Source: Bugula neritina (taxonomy: Eukaryota > Animalia > Bryozoa). From it: a stretch of 64,000 nucleotides of DNA. The position numbers were made by a program, and so were the translations under genes. Below the pieces are notes generated by a model that saw only the letters and a program-made list of their open reading frames with translations, did no database searches and was not told the origin of the DNA. The DNA lies in the NCBI GenBank assembly GCA_964035545.1, contig OZ037772.1:1364001-1428000 (forward strand), written 5' to 3'. Position 1 is the first letter of the stretch; each line of letters begins with the position of its first letter. This document shows positions 28,156 to 41,515 of this stretch, piece by piece.

Positions 28156-28924
28156 AGGATTGCTCTATCTTAGTTTATTACAATCACATTATATTTATAA
28201 ACTATAATCTAATGTGTATGCAAACAATTGTGACTTTGCAAAGGGATATATGCCTAGAAAACAGCTTTTCAAAATTCCAATTTTGAGGGAGGTAAAATTT
28301 TCAGCCATGAAAAAGAATAGCCTAATACGTGACGTGTGAACGCCAGTAACTATGCTGCACGTGCTAACTATAACTCTAGTATTCAAGGTTGCTGGGCGCA
28401 ACATCAACCAATTACGCTCAAGCAGTGACAGTGCGCTATATAGGTCAGCTTTGGTGTGCCCGTAATATTGCACGATCTGACTTAGTTTAGATCGATCGCA
28501 AGCATTCATCCTAAAGAATGCATGCTTTTGCAAGGCTTTTTTCTAATGTTTACAAGCAAAATATAGCCTAATGTTTTCACATACATGTTATTTAAAATGT
28601 CAAAAAACTATAGATTGAGATAATTCACATTTGCACTTCTATAAATATACAAATTGCAAGCTAACAGATTACATCTCACAGTCATATTTCTATAGTTATT
28701 CATTTGTATAGTCACGTGACCAGCAGGAATGCTGGCGCTGTTACGTCACACTTCCCAGCTCATTTCAAAATCGGCGTTTTGGCTGTTACCAATCTACACC
28801 CTCAACTTCAACTAACTTTTTCTACCTTTGGTCAAATGCTTTTTGTCAATGCATGCTTAGAAAAACACAATATTATATGTGTTTGACCTAAATGGCCATT
28901 TATTAGACAAGATAGAGCAATCCT
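28156..28924. mobile_element. Non-autonomous TTAA-targeting DNA transposon (Kolobok-like)
   Basis: TIR AGGATTGCTCTATCTT / AAGATAGAGCAATCCT, flanked by TTAA on both sides. Confidence 0.85.
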
Positions 28925-29028
28925 TTAATAGGCCAGTCTTTGGTTGGGAAACCTTCACAGATGTAGTGTAAAATATTATGCTAAGAGTATGTGTATCTTT
29001 TACAGGATTTCCTTATCATATAACCAAG

Positions 29029-32000
29029 ATGGCAGAATCCAGAGTTGTGAAAAAGAGACTAAACAATTCGTATCGCTGTGGGTACTGCTCGCAGTACTTC
29101 AACAAACTTGAAGATCCCAGAACTCTGCCCTGTCTGCATGTGTACTGCATGAGATGTTTGAAGACTGACATCGGTGGTAGGAAGGATCATATCAGATGTG
29201 CTTATTGTAGGTGAGTTACAGTACATAACACAATATATCATGTCGTAGGCTTGCGTATGATTTTCTCACTATCATCTAGGAGTTGTCTGATCTGTGTCTA
29301 TGAAAAGCAAACAATACTGTATATTCTATGTAAACTCTGGTTACTAACTTGTGGAGTGTGTGGATATCTTTTCATTAGGTAGAGAAAGTAACTGATATAT
29401 AGATTGCACCATCAGCTGTCCTCTCTTGTTGAATTGTGGTATACTGTTGGATGTCATGGGATTGGGGTTGTCTCCTCATTATATTATTTTGTTCTCATAC
29501 AGTACAAGATTTGTTAGACCAACCTTTTTCATATCATCCCCACTTTCATAAATGTTTATTATTAATTATCCCCCCTTTATAAAACGAAAAAATTTATGAC
29601 TGACATAATGATAATATAGATTACTATGCAATATTTTTTCTATTACATTTGAATATAATATAATTATTTCTGATAATTATATTATGCATGTATAAAACAC
29701 AGAGCAGTTCAATTATTAATATTATGGCTGCAGCTGATGGCATTGTACCAGCTTGCTTTCAAACCTCCCACCCCAACCCTTAAACCCCAACCCCAATATT
29801 GTAATTAAAACACATTTATGTAGAAGTAGACTGAGATGGCAGAACTGGTTAAATGGATAAGCTAAGATGAATGCTTATAGATATACATGTACATGTAACT
29901 TGCAAGAGCTCAAAAGTCTTTACAAACTGCTTGAAATTTTTTAATCGAAATCTCAGCTCCCCCTAAAAAGCCCAAATTCCCTCTTATAGGGGGATTCTCC
30001 CAGGTTGGGAACCACTGTGTTGAATTGACTTGTGTTTACTATCTCCTTTCCTGTGATTATAAACATGTATGATGTTGTCATGACAACAGAGTTGCTGTGG
30101 CACAAAGTACAGTTTACTAGTATGTAGTGATTGTGTAGTGAGAGTGGAGTGTCTGGTTATTGTCCATGGTTATGTGTAATCTGTAAGGAGTAGAATTATA
30201 TTATTTTAATATAATGTTGAGAGAGGTACTTTTATAATGGCAGTTTGCTCAATAGCTTTAGTTCTTATGCGATAGACTCATAGCTCTGGAGTCTAGCAGC
30301 TGCTACTAATACCACTAGCTGTTCAAAATTCTGCCAACATCCGGGCTGCCGAAGTGTAATAGCCATTGACAAGGCCAAGCAGTCACTGGGAAATTATTTG
30401 ACTAAAGAGCAAGTCTTATGACAATTAGTAGTCAGTCCCTTAGACAGGAAACAGTGATTATGTGACCTATTTAGTTAAATCCAGTGCTGAAATTTTAATA
30501 GATTATTAGACAGCCATCACAATTGTATTTGGTAGTGAGTTGTACAATATATTATTATGGGGTGCCAATCAGTGTCTAATGAAGTCTGTGAATTGAGTGT
30601 CTCCTTTAGCTTTGATGAGTTGATTACCTCTTCTACCATCAGTCAGTTGTATTGAGTGTTACTTTGTATTGAGTCATGAATAGTGCTGAGGATTTGGGCC
30701 TTTATTATGCCAACCCCCCCTCTGACTTAGACTGTGACCCAACCTGCTGCACATACATAGCAGTACTACACTGAAGATAGTCAACATGTGTATATATCAT
30801 ATACATATATATATATATATAACATATATATATATATATATATATACATGCATATATCATCCTACTAGTAATGGATTACTAACTACAACTTATCCTATGA
30901 CTCACTCTTCTTATGCTAGCTGCACGAGGTAGGCAACACCCACACGTGACACGCACTCACAGTGCACTAGCTCTTGACACATTGCCAAGGATGATGAAAT
31001 GACAGTTTCGCGCCACTCCTAGCAGTTGGAGTGGCAGGGAATAGTTGTAGTATGTTGTAGTATTGGCTCCTCAGAATTCACCCTCAGTAATTAGTTGCAT
31101 TGCACAAACTTGCAACAATAGTGAATAATTATTGACAATATGACCTCCACTCAGTAGTTAACTAGTAATTTGTCTTTTAATTTTACTCTACAAGTTACAG
31201 TTGAGTCTATTTGTTGAGTAGCAGTTCTTTGTCATGAGTGACTATTTTCCAGCATATTAAGTACATAATATATAGTCAAGTGTGTTTCTGTGGTAGCCTG
31301 TGGTCTATATAATGAATGTGTGTTGATGAGTGATGAGTATTTATTTGAGTATTTGTCAAGGACATAGCTGTGTGTGTGGATGGAGTATTTCATTACTTGA
31401 GATATACTAAACACAGCTAACACAGGTAACATACTGGATGCTATATGTTGTAGGAAAGATCACTATGACATCACAGATCCCACAACACTACCAGTAGCTC
31501 AGCATGGAGACCCCTTAGAATACAAGTCTCCACCCAAACCTGCACCCATTCCCTGCGATGTGTGTAAAGGTGGAACACAAGCTGCTGTGTTTTGTCTTGA
31601 GAGTCAAAAGAAATTGTGTCAGCAGCATCAAGAAGTGAGTCTTTCTTATGTCATTTCTCAAGATTAGTTACTAAACCAGTTCTGGTTTGTATGTAGAATA
31701 TTATTGAAAAGAAATGTTGAGTCTGTGTGACGTTTTATACTAAACACACAGTTTCACAGTGCAGTGAGTCAACTATGACAGACTTGTTGGTGAAAATACA
31801 ACCAACTAAACTGTTGACCTTTATTATGCAGACTCACAGAGAGCTGATGGGAGATAGACATCAGTTTATTGACATTGAGGTCTACAGAGCTTCTCCCCAA
31901 AGATATACTATAACTGAATGTGAACATCATAAACAGGAGCAGCTGACAGAAGTGTGTTCCAAGTGTCACCAGATATTCTGTATGAGATGTGATATGAGGA

Positions 32001-35000
32001 CTGGCTGTAAGGATAAGACAGGTATTTACTTGCTGTTTCTATTTCTGTAGAAAGAAACTGAGAAATGTTACAAGAACCTGTTATTTATTATTTTATTATT
32101 AAAGTGAGTTATGTAACAGTAAAAGAGGAAGTCAGTTTGTCAGCATTAAGGTTTGTGTGAGACAGAAGTGGATAGTGCAGGAGTTGATAATCTCACTGTT
32201 ATGTTGAATATTTAGTATATTTCATCCTTCAAGTGTCTGTTTCCTTGATAAGATGGTATAGGCATAGCTTTAACTCAGTAGTGTCCCACCTTCTTCATAC
32301 CATCTCCCTTCTTATAAATGTTTTCTTTTAAGTTTCCGCCTTTTGATAAAATTGTAATTTTTATTTGTGAAGAAAATCTGAGACATGGGTTGTTTTCCTA
32401 ATAATTCATTGAGTGTAGGTAAAGGCCAGTGTGTTTGACATGGACCAGTGTCTGCCGCAACTTCAGTTCAGCTTTGAAAGCATTGATGCTGCTATTAAAA
32501 GCAGTGAGTTGATGATTATACTCATTCATTTTAGGTTCAGAGTTTTTAGTACAGCAAATATAACTACTAGGTATGCAATAAGTAGTTTATGGAGATCAGA
32601 TTGACTCACTGCAAAAACTTGCTGTTAGTTTTTACTTTCAAGAAACTTTTTAACCTCCATTCATAGTATAGGAGGGGTAGCAGCTAGAGTAGAAAAGGAA
32701 AAGGCACTTTGTGTTTGACATGGATCAGTGTCTGTCACAACTTCAGTTTAGTTATAGTTATACATATACATGTAACCTGGAAAACAAGGCAAGAGCTCAA
32801 AGAGCTAGTAAAATGTGTGAACTTTTGAGAAATGAAACCCCTGGAAAGCCCAAATTCCCTGCAAGGGGAATCCCCCAAGGTTGGGAGTCACTGCTCTAAC
32901 ATTTTCAATTATATTATTCCAAGTGCAGTGATTAATGAGCTAACCTGTGAAATATTTAAAGTCCAACCAACTGTCTACTTATTACATAGTATGTGTGTAG
33001 TGATACATCATCTACCTGTAGGTACAGGTAGTAGGTGTAGGATAAGTACTATATCATATCTATAACAATGTTTTTATAAATAGTGTGATTTTATGTATAC
33101 AGAGGAGACATTAGCATTCCATGACTTGGCATCTTTGAGTGATTTGTCTTGTGAGTTACGAGAAAGTCTGACTGGTGGAATAGAGACTCTGTCTGAGAAA
33201 GTTGCAGAGTTGAATGACATCTCAAAGGATGCCTGGAAAGAACTGAGTAAAATAGAAGATGAAGTGAAGAAGATGGTTGCCAGAGTAAACGCTGTAGCTG
33301 ACGCTCAGGTATGCTGACATGGTGATGTCATCTAATATTATTTCTGTTTGTCTGAAATTGGAATTTGCATTTGGTCTTTGAGTTGTAATCAGAAATGAAT
33401 TTCATTTGCCACTAGAATTAACTGGCCATTAAAGTATTATCATTCTGTGTACAAGTAGCAGTAGTCATTCATCACATGTTACTCAGTGCAGAGGAACCTG
33501 TCAATACAGATGACTCACTCATCCTTCTGCAACTGTCAATCACTCACACACAGAGGTTGACTGTCTGAGTGATTGACAGGTGTCAGGAGGAGGAGACTAG
33601 TCACGTGATGTACTAGCTCTCTGCTGTGTATAGAGTGTCACGTGACTGAGTCATTGTCCACTCAGTGGGTGATCTGTCACTTTCATTTTAAGTGCAGAGG
33701 TTGTGAGGTGCAGATGTGGTTACACTGTGTTACTATTTATTAGATAGAAGAGATTAGAAAGAGAGCTACAAACCTGAGGCTAGAAATATATGGATATTTG
33801 AAGAGCTGCACACAGATAGTGGATAATTATAGAATAGAGCTGGCCTTGAGTAAGACAATGGGCAGACAGTCTCTGCTGGACACAGTACAACATGCAGTTG
33901 ATCAGTTCAATGATGCAGGGATTGTGAGAGACTACAAAGAGACGAGTGAGAAGGTGGAAAAGGCTACAGATATTGGTGTAATAGAGAAGTGTGTACTTCC
34001 AGACAGCATCTTGGTACCAACATGTAGGTGGAGTCTATAAATAGTAACACTAACTATAAATAACTTTCTGCTTGTAATCATGTGAGTTGCTTTCACTGAA
34101 TATTTTAATAGTAAAATAAGTGGATAGAGTTTGTTTATTAGAGAATTGAGTTTTGTTCTACTCTCACATTATGAGACTTTTCTGCAGTGTTTCAGAGTTT
34201 ATGATGTATAAGTGAGCTGCTAAACTGTGTTATGCTGACTACCTGCTGTCAGTATTAACAAGATATTCTCACTTAGACCTGTGCATCACGTAGCAACTTG
34301 TAGTAACTACAGACTGCTTGTATTTAAAACATCTTTTAATTTTAAGTTTGAAAAGCTGTTCCCACCTCCTCAGGTGATGAGATTCTCAAGTTATAGAATT
34401 GTTATTTTGTTGTTGCAGACAGTGAAGACAGTCTGGGACTGAAGCTGCTGCAGCCACCATCTTCTCTACAGTCTGATGGACTTTTTGTACGTGACTGGTG
34501 TCACACAGTAAACATCTCAACTGATGGACATGTGATGTGTCGGACACGAGAAGCTGTAGAAGTAATAAATAGAGACACTCTGGATACTATCAGCTCAGTG
34601 AAACACACCAACACTACAGGGTGGGGGGAGATAATCCAACCTGAAGGGGTGATGGTTGGCTGCTGGTATAACGGAGAGGAGAGAACAGCTGGAGTCTCAC
34701 TTCTTGATCCGAACTCCTTTGAGAAGACTCGCTCTCTCTACACGCATTCAGTAGATAAACCCACTTACTTTGGAATAGCTCAGCATGATTCACTGCTCTG
34801 TATTGTAGACATGAGAGAGAAACAGCTGGTAGTCTGCAACCTAGTTGACAATAAAATACAGAAGTTCCCACTTCCTGAGATGAAGATCCCTCTACCTGTA
34901 TGCATCCTCCCAGACTCAACTCTCCTCATAGGAGACTTCACTGAAGATGGTGCAGTGAGAAGATATAAAGTGGAGAACACAACTCTCACTCTAATGTGGG

Positions 35001-36244
35001 AGTTTCTTCACATCTCGGAACCAACTGGTATTTCCTTTGATCCAACATCTGAACTGATTCACATCTGTACAGAGGAAGGACCTCTCCTCATCCTCTCACT
35101 TGAAGGTAAATACTCTGTTTATTATAGTAAGTTTACTTATTTTATATATAATTATGTTGTAGTATATGATATATTTAATAATCAACAGTAAACAACTTCC
35201 ACTCATAAGATATATTATGATATTGTTAGTCTTTATCAAGTCACTGATATTATTTTCAGCTAAAAGTTATGTAATAAAGACTGTAACATGCTGATAGTAG
35301 ATGTTATATTCTTCATCACATGACTTGTAGCTAATAATAATATTAGTGAATAATACTGCCTCCCTGCAATAAGTTTATTTCCAGCTGCAGTAACATGCAG
35401 GATGTAAGCACAGGTAGAAGTGCATATTATACTGTATAGGTTTAAGGTGTACTATGTGTAGTGTGCAGTGAGCTCTTAGTAAACTCTCTATTCAGTCTTC
35501 CTTTCCAGGGGTTCACCTGGTAGAGTGGAGGATAGGGACTCCACACTGCTGAGTGAGTTGGTGCTGCAAGGGGTTCAAACCCACCTATCAGCGTGTCTAG
35601 TTAGTATACTATGCAAGTGTTTTACAGTAATTTTAGAGGTGCTCAGTCTAACAACTGTACAGACTGCCAGCTACACATGAGTTATGAGTTGTAGTTTGAC
35701 TTCAGTCTAGTGCTGCTGTTGTTTTGGTCATCAGATAATTTAATTATAAATAATTTGATACTTTTTGACTGCCATTGCTGAGACTATTGTAATTTGATGA
35801 TGGCTGGTAGAGCAGTGTTTGCTGGTGAGACTCAGGTGGCTGTGGTTGGTTCTTGTCAAGTATTTTATATGTGATAATGTTGGAGTAGCTGCAGTGGTAT
35901 TAGAAGTAGACATGTGGTTGTGTTCTCGCTCAGAGCCACAGGCTAAGTTTGTGGGTCAAGGTCAATACAGTTGTATAAGGAGGCACTATTTTTTGCTCTG
36001 TTAGAATATTTACTTCATGCATATAACCTGCTTAGTTCCATCTTTAAAGGCAGTCTGTCTGTTTCTCTCAATACACACCGACTGATACACTATGATGCTA
36101 TTATTTACAGGTCAACTGGTGCTTACTGTTCCCAGAGAAAGTCTTGGTGTGAGTGACTGGGTGCATGACATTGCTGTGTATAACAGAGACACAGTGTTTC
36201 TGGCATGTGGAGATGGTCTGAGGAGATACACAATAAAATACTAA
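29029..36244 (+). CDS. TRIM-like E3 ligase: RING, two B-boxes, coiled coil, beta-propeller (NHL-like); ~619 aa, 7 coding exons
   Basis: Exons 29029-29210 (CGYC..PRTLPCLHVYCMRCL..CAYCR), 31454-31634, 31832-32021, 33103-33308, 33744-34023, 34419-35105 and 36111-36244 join in phase (1860 nt, no stop seen); AATAAA at ~36422. Confidence 0.85.
29515..30017. mobile_element. hAT-like MITE remnant in a TRIM intron
   Basis: CCAACCTTTT near the left end; right end CCAGGTTGGGAACCACTG. Confidence 0.5.
32277..32893. mobile_element. hAT-like MITE remnant in a TRIM intron (related to 29515-30017)
   Basis: CAGTAGTGTCCCACC..GGTTGGGAGTCACTG; shares AAGCCCAAATTCCC and CAAGAGCTCAAA segments with the other copy. 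Confidence 0.5.
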
Positions 36245-38800
36245 ACTTATCAGCTACAGTTGACTAATAATCAGCTCAGTGAGGTCCTGAGAGATAAACT
36301 AGATAATATTTGTCATCAACATAGTTGGATTCATTACAATTCATCATTACACACACTCTGTATTTATAGTTAGATATGAGATGTTTTACTGTATCAAATA
36401 TATGTTGCCATTTTACTATCCAATAAAGTTTATTTGCTAGCGAAAATATAGTCTGTTTTCATGCCTCATTAGCTTTAGTTCAAGTTGAGTTCACTTACTA
36501 AAAAATAATTTTTACTGGAGCAGTAACTGTAAATGACTTGTCTGCGGGAGAATTTATTCACTGAATTGACATGCAGGTGCAAGTAACTCCAACATGACTA
36601 AGTAAATTTATTCCAACCATTCACAATGTTATACATTCCATTGCTGTGCAAACAATAGCATTGAGTAGCCAATCAAATTGTTTCTTGTCATGCATTCAGG
36701 AATCTGATAAATAATATATGAGGCAATCAACTAGATATAAACACTGTATTACTCTACACATAAGCTGTCTGTGATGCAGCTGCTTTGTGAAATGTGTGTA
36801 ATTTGATGAGTTTAGTTCAATTGGTTGCAGTTTAATTATGACATGTTCACCATTATGTAATATTAGAGGACAACTCCTATCCAGTGTGCAGTGGTAGTAT
36901 ACTATTAGTCAAAGGGAGTGCTCCGTATAATATAAATAGCTGACCACTCCTACACCAACACTCCTGAACACCAGCTAGACGACAAGAACTCTTGAACACC
37001 ACTCAGGTTAAGGGACTCCAAGCACCCAGGCACCCCTAAACACCATCCAAGGCAGACGTGTTCTGGATCATAGTCTTAACTCCTCACAGACTAAGACAGG
37101 AGCTGGAGTCATCCTCACAGCCAAGCAACCCATGCCAATATACCAACCCTAGCTGACCTGAATACTACAACTTATATATTATAGTATTCAGAATAACTCC
37201 AAAGTAGCATATTTCTGTTAAAATAACATTAATAATAAACAGATAAATTATATATTTACTGATTCAATCACTATTTGAGTTTTCAAATTAAAATTCAATA
37301 AGAGACATCAGCAAGTAATAATCATATGTTATGTAATAATACATGCAACAAAAAGGCATCACTCTAAAATTTAACAAAATGTATTAGCAGTTATCTATAC
37401 TGAGATTATAATGTAATACTAATGTTGTATAAAGTATTAAACTATCAACCCCTCTCTCATATTATTTAACCTTTGACCTACAAACAATGATTAAATCATT
37501 TTCTTGTTGCTATACTGTCTTTTTTTTAGTTGGCTCACAGAAACAGTTTCAATCTAACAATGTAGTGTTGATACAAATCAGAGTATATAAGCTCAACAAC
37601 AAAACAGAAAGAAATAATTATCCTCAATATCCTAAGGAATATTCCAGAGAAAACTGCAGGCTGAGCTAAGATATTTTACATCTACATGCAGTTGACATAT
37701 CTACATGAATTGTGGACCATTTTGGTGTTTCTGTGTGCACAGACAAGTTGTAATGACTCTAACAGAAACTTTCTCAGTAGGTTTCAGTTCATCTTGAATA
37801 TAGTACAGCTTGTTGTCATTTGGCCTCAATATTATTGATGATACACTACCTTGTTTGGCCTCAATAGTATTAATGGTACACTACCTTGTTTGGCCTCAAC
37901 AGTATTAATGGTACACTACCTTGTTTGGCCTCATTAGCCTTGCTAATATAAAATTAAGAGCACAACTTGCAAGATTTAACTAATTTAACTTGGTTCATAT
38001 TATGATGTTAATATGTTGACATTTATTACCTCTGATATATTTCTATGTTTATAACCTATCAATATGCTCTGATCTACAGTCTTTATTGTCATTCAAGGTG
38101 TTGCTCACTGCTGGTCAACCCCATTAACCCCAAACTTACTGTCTACATAGAAAACTGTCTACTCTCCCTCCATGGCACATAGCTCATACAATGTGTATAA
38201 TTATTTGCTTTTGCACATTCATTACATAAAACACCAGCCATTGTGTTAAAAGTAGAGTTTTGTTGTAGTCTCACATATTGGAACATGGCCTTAAGATTTG
38301 TAGTTTCTGAGGCTTTTGTTAAGCTATTGCTGGAGAAAATTGCTAAGAATTTACTGCAGTGAATCTTTTTATATACATTACTTATGAAATGCATATCTGT
38401 GGAATATTTGATTTACTCTGTATCATGTAAACTAACTTACACACAAGTTATATACAGCTACTACTTGATAAGGAAGTAATAGTAACAGAGTTATTGACAT
38501 GAAAAAGTAAATAATATTTAAATTGTGATGACTAAGTAAGTGGATGAGTCATAAACCAGTAAAAAAATAATTTCTACAAACAAACTTTATTGAGTAAATG
38601 TGACTACAGAGTCTTGACAGCATAGCAGAGTAAATATGTTACATAATCATTACTAATCAACATCAAATACTGCATATAAGCAGTGTAAGTCCTGTGGAAT
38701 ATATAATATTATACTGTGAGTAGAACACAATATATTATATTTGACATGTACTATTGATGACCTCACTGACCTGATTATTAGTAAACTGTAGCTGATAAGT

Positions 38801-39551
38801 TTAGTATTTTATTGTGTATCTCCTCAGTCCACCTCCACCTGCTAGAAACACTGTGTCTCTGTTATACACAGCAATGTCCCCCACCCAGCCACTAACACCA
38901 AGACTTTCTTTGGGAATTGTTACCATCAGTTGACCTTTAAAAAATATAATGTCAGATTGAATCAGTTTGAGACAAACAGACAGACTACAGTGACATCACA
39001 ACAGCTGACACCACTACAAGCAAGTTTCTACTTTCTAGTATAATATAGTAACTGAAATATATTCGATAATAATACAATAAATTTCAAATATATTTCTCAC
39101 TCAGAAAGACTTCCTTTAAAGATGCAACTAAGCAGATTATGTTGAAGATAATAAAGTTCTACCAGTCAGTATTGAATAATTCAATGAGCTGCTCTACTGT
39201 TTACTTCATAATAAATGACAACATGGAGAAACTAAACATAGAAATTTACCTCCTCAGCAAATATGATTATACAGGAGAGAAGATATATAATATAAGTATT
39301 ACATACATGAAGTAAATATTCTAACAGAAAATAGTGTCTCATTATACAACTGTATTGACCTTGACCCACAAACTTAGCCTGTGGTTCTTATATAGAACAC
39401 ACCCACATATCTACTTCTAATAATACTGCTACTGCAGCTACTCCAACATTATCACATATTAAATACATGACAAGAACCAACCACGGCCACCTGAGTCCCA
39501 CCAGCAAACACTGCTCTACCAGCCATCATCAAATTACACTAGTCTCAGCAA
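38801..39551 (-). pseudogene. Orphan last exon (38934-38801) plus intron remnant of an inverted TRIM paralog
   Basis: Encodes GQLMVTIPKESLGVSGWVGDIAVYNRDTVFLAGGGGLRRYTIKY*, paralogous to exon 36111-36244; ~39300-39551 is the reverse complement of ~35775-36020. Confidence 0.9.
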
Positions 39552-39554
39552 TAA

Positions 39555-39868
39555 TTACATAATATAAGATATATTACATGATATAAGATATATTACATAA
39601 TATATGATATATTACATAATATAAGATATATTACATAATATAGGATATATTACATAATATAGGATATATTACATAATATAAGATATATTACATAATATAA
39701 GATATATTACATAATATAAGATATATTACATAATATAAGATATATCACACAATATAAGATATATTACATGATATAAGATATATTACATAATATAAGATAT
39801 ATTACATAATATAAGATATATTACATAATATAAGATATATTACATGATATAAGATATATTACATAATA
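39555..39868. repeat. 19-bp minisatellite
   Basis: Unit ATAAGATATATTACATAAT. Confidence 0.95.
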
Positions 39869-40097
39869 TTTATATACTCTTTCTATAATGTATAATCTTG
39901 CATACACATACAGCCATTAAAACCTCTTGCCATTTAGTTTAAGTTTATCAATTTAGACACAGAATGCATTTGATCTTCAGTCCCATGACTGTCAAAACAA
40001 CACATTTCACATTCATTGGTTATACAAGAGATTGTTTCCCCAATAATAGCAGCGTTACTCTAAATTGAAAAAAAGCTATAAAGTTATCAGCTAATTA

Positions 40098-40731
40098 AAC
40101 AGAGTCATCTAAAGGGTATAGATATAGAATAAGTATATTGAATAGAGTCATCTAAAGGATATAGATATAGAATAAGTATATTGAATAGAATCATCTAAAG
40201 GGTATAGATATAGAATAAGTATATTGAACAGAGTCATCTAAAGGGTATAGATATAGAATAAGTATATTGAATAGAATCATCTAAAGGGTATAGATATAGA
40301 ATAAGTATATTGAATAGAATCATCTAAAGGGTATAGATATAGAATAAGTATATTGAACAGAGTCATCTAAAGGGTATAGATATAGAATAAGTATATTGAA
40401 TAGAGTCATCTAAAGGATATAGATATAGAATAAGTATATTGAATAGAGTCATCTAAAGGGTATAGATATAGAATAAGTATATTGAATAGAGTCATCTAAA
40501 GGGTATAGATATAGAATAAGTATATTGAATAGAGTCATCTAAAGGGTATAGATATAGAATAAGTATATTGAATAGAGTCATCTAAAGGATATAGATATAG
40601 AATAAGTATATTGAATAGAGTCATCTAAAGGATATAGATATAGAATAAGTATATTGAATAGAGTCATCTAAAGGGTATAGATATAGAATAAGTTAATTAA
40701 ACAGAGTCATCTAAAGGGTATAGATATAGAA
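40098..40731. repeat. 43-bp minisatellite
   Basis: Unit AGAGTCATCTAAAGGGTATAGATATAGAATAAGTATATTGAAT. Confidence 0.95.
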
Positions 40732-41167
40732 TGGTAACCACAGACATCAGAAGAAGCAGAAGACACTTTCTACCATCAGACGTACCTCTTTGAAGGGAAG
40801 CTCCCCGAGTAGGAATTGTCCCATCATGACCATGCGGGCCACCCAGAAGAAGAGGATATCCAGTCCAGTCTCTAGCAGAGTACCCAGGTAGTAGGCTTGC
40901 AGGTCGGGGGTGTTATCTAGCCACCCCATAGTCTAGAAAGGAAATATTCCGGAACTAAACCAAGTGTCCAGCACATTTTCATCTGTATAACAGGCAGGAA
41001 ATGGAACATTGTTTGGAGTTGTCTTCTCTGACAAACTGAAACTGGGGTTAATTTAATCAAAGGAAATGTCTACTCCGTGAACAAAAGAAAGTAAATTATC
41101 AATAAGTAGTTAGAGAAATGTAGCTCGCTGCTTTACTATAAATGAGAAGAGAGAGTTGGAGGTGTTT

Positions 41168-41305
41168 ACATACTCAATACATACTCAATACATACTCAAT
41201 ATATACTCAATACATACTCAATATATACTCAATACATACTCAATATATACTCAATACATACTCAATACATACTCAATACATACTCAATATATACTCAATA
41301 CATAC
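41168..41305. repeat. 11-bp minisatellite
   Basis: Unit TACTCAATA(C/T)A. Confidence 0.9.
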
Positions 41306-41515
41306 TTGAGCTCTCAGATGAAAGAGACTTACCCTGGCTAAGACTGATGACATCTGGATGTACGTTAAACTTCATTGCTGCCTTTGACAGCGCTTCGTGA
41401 TAGGATCTGCCAGTCACCCAGTAGTTGTTGTCACTAGACTATGTAAAATATATAGAGGTTAAGAGGTCACTAGACTATGTAAAATATATAGAGGTCAGAA
41501 GGTCACTAGACATGC

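Noticed and set aside
40098-40731. Regular repeats resembling a CRISPR array (also 17985-18630 and 60185-60892)
   Set aside because: Head-to-tail units with no unique spacers, no cas genes, eukaryotic context.
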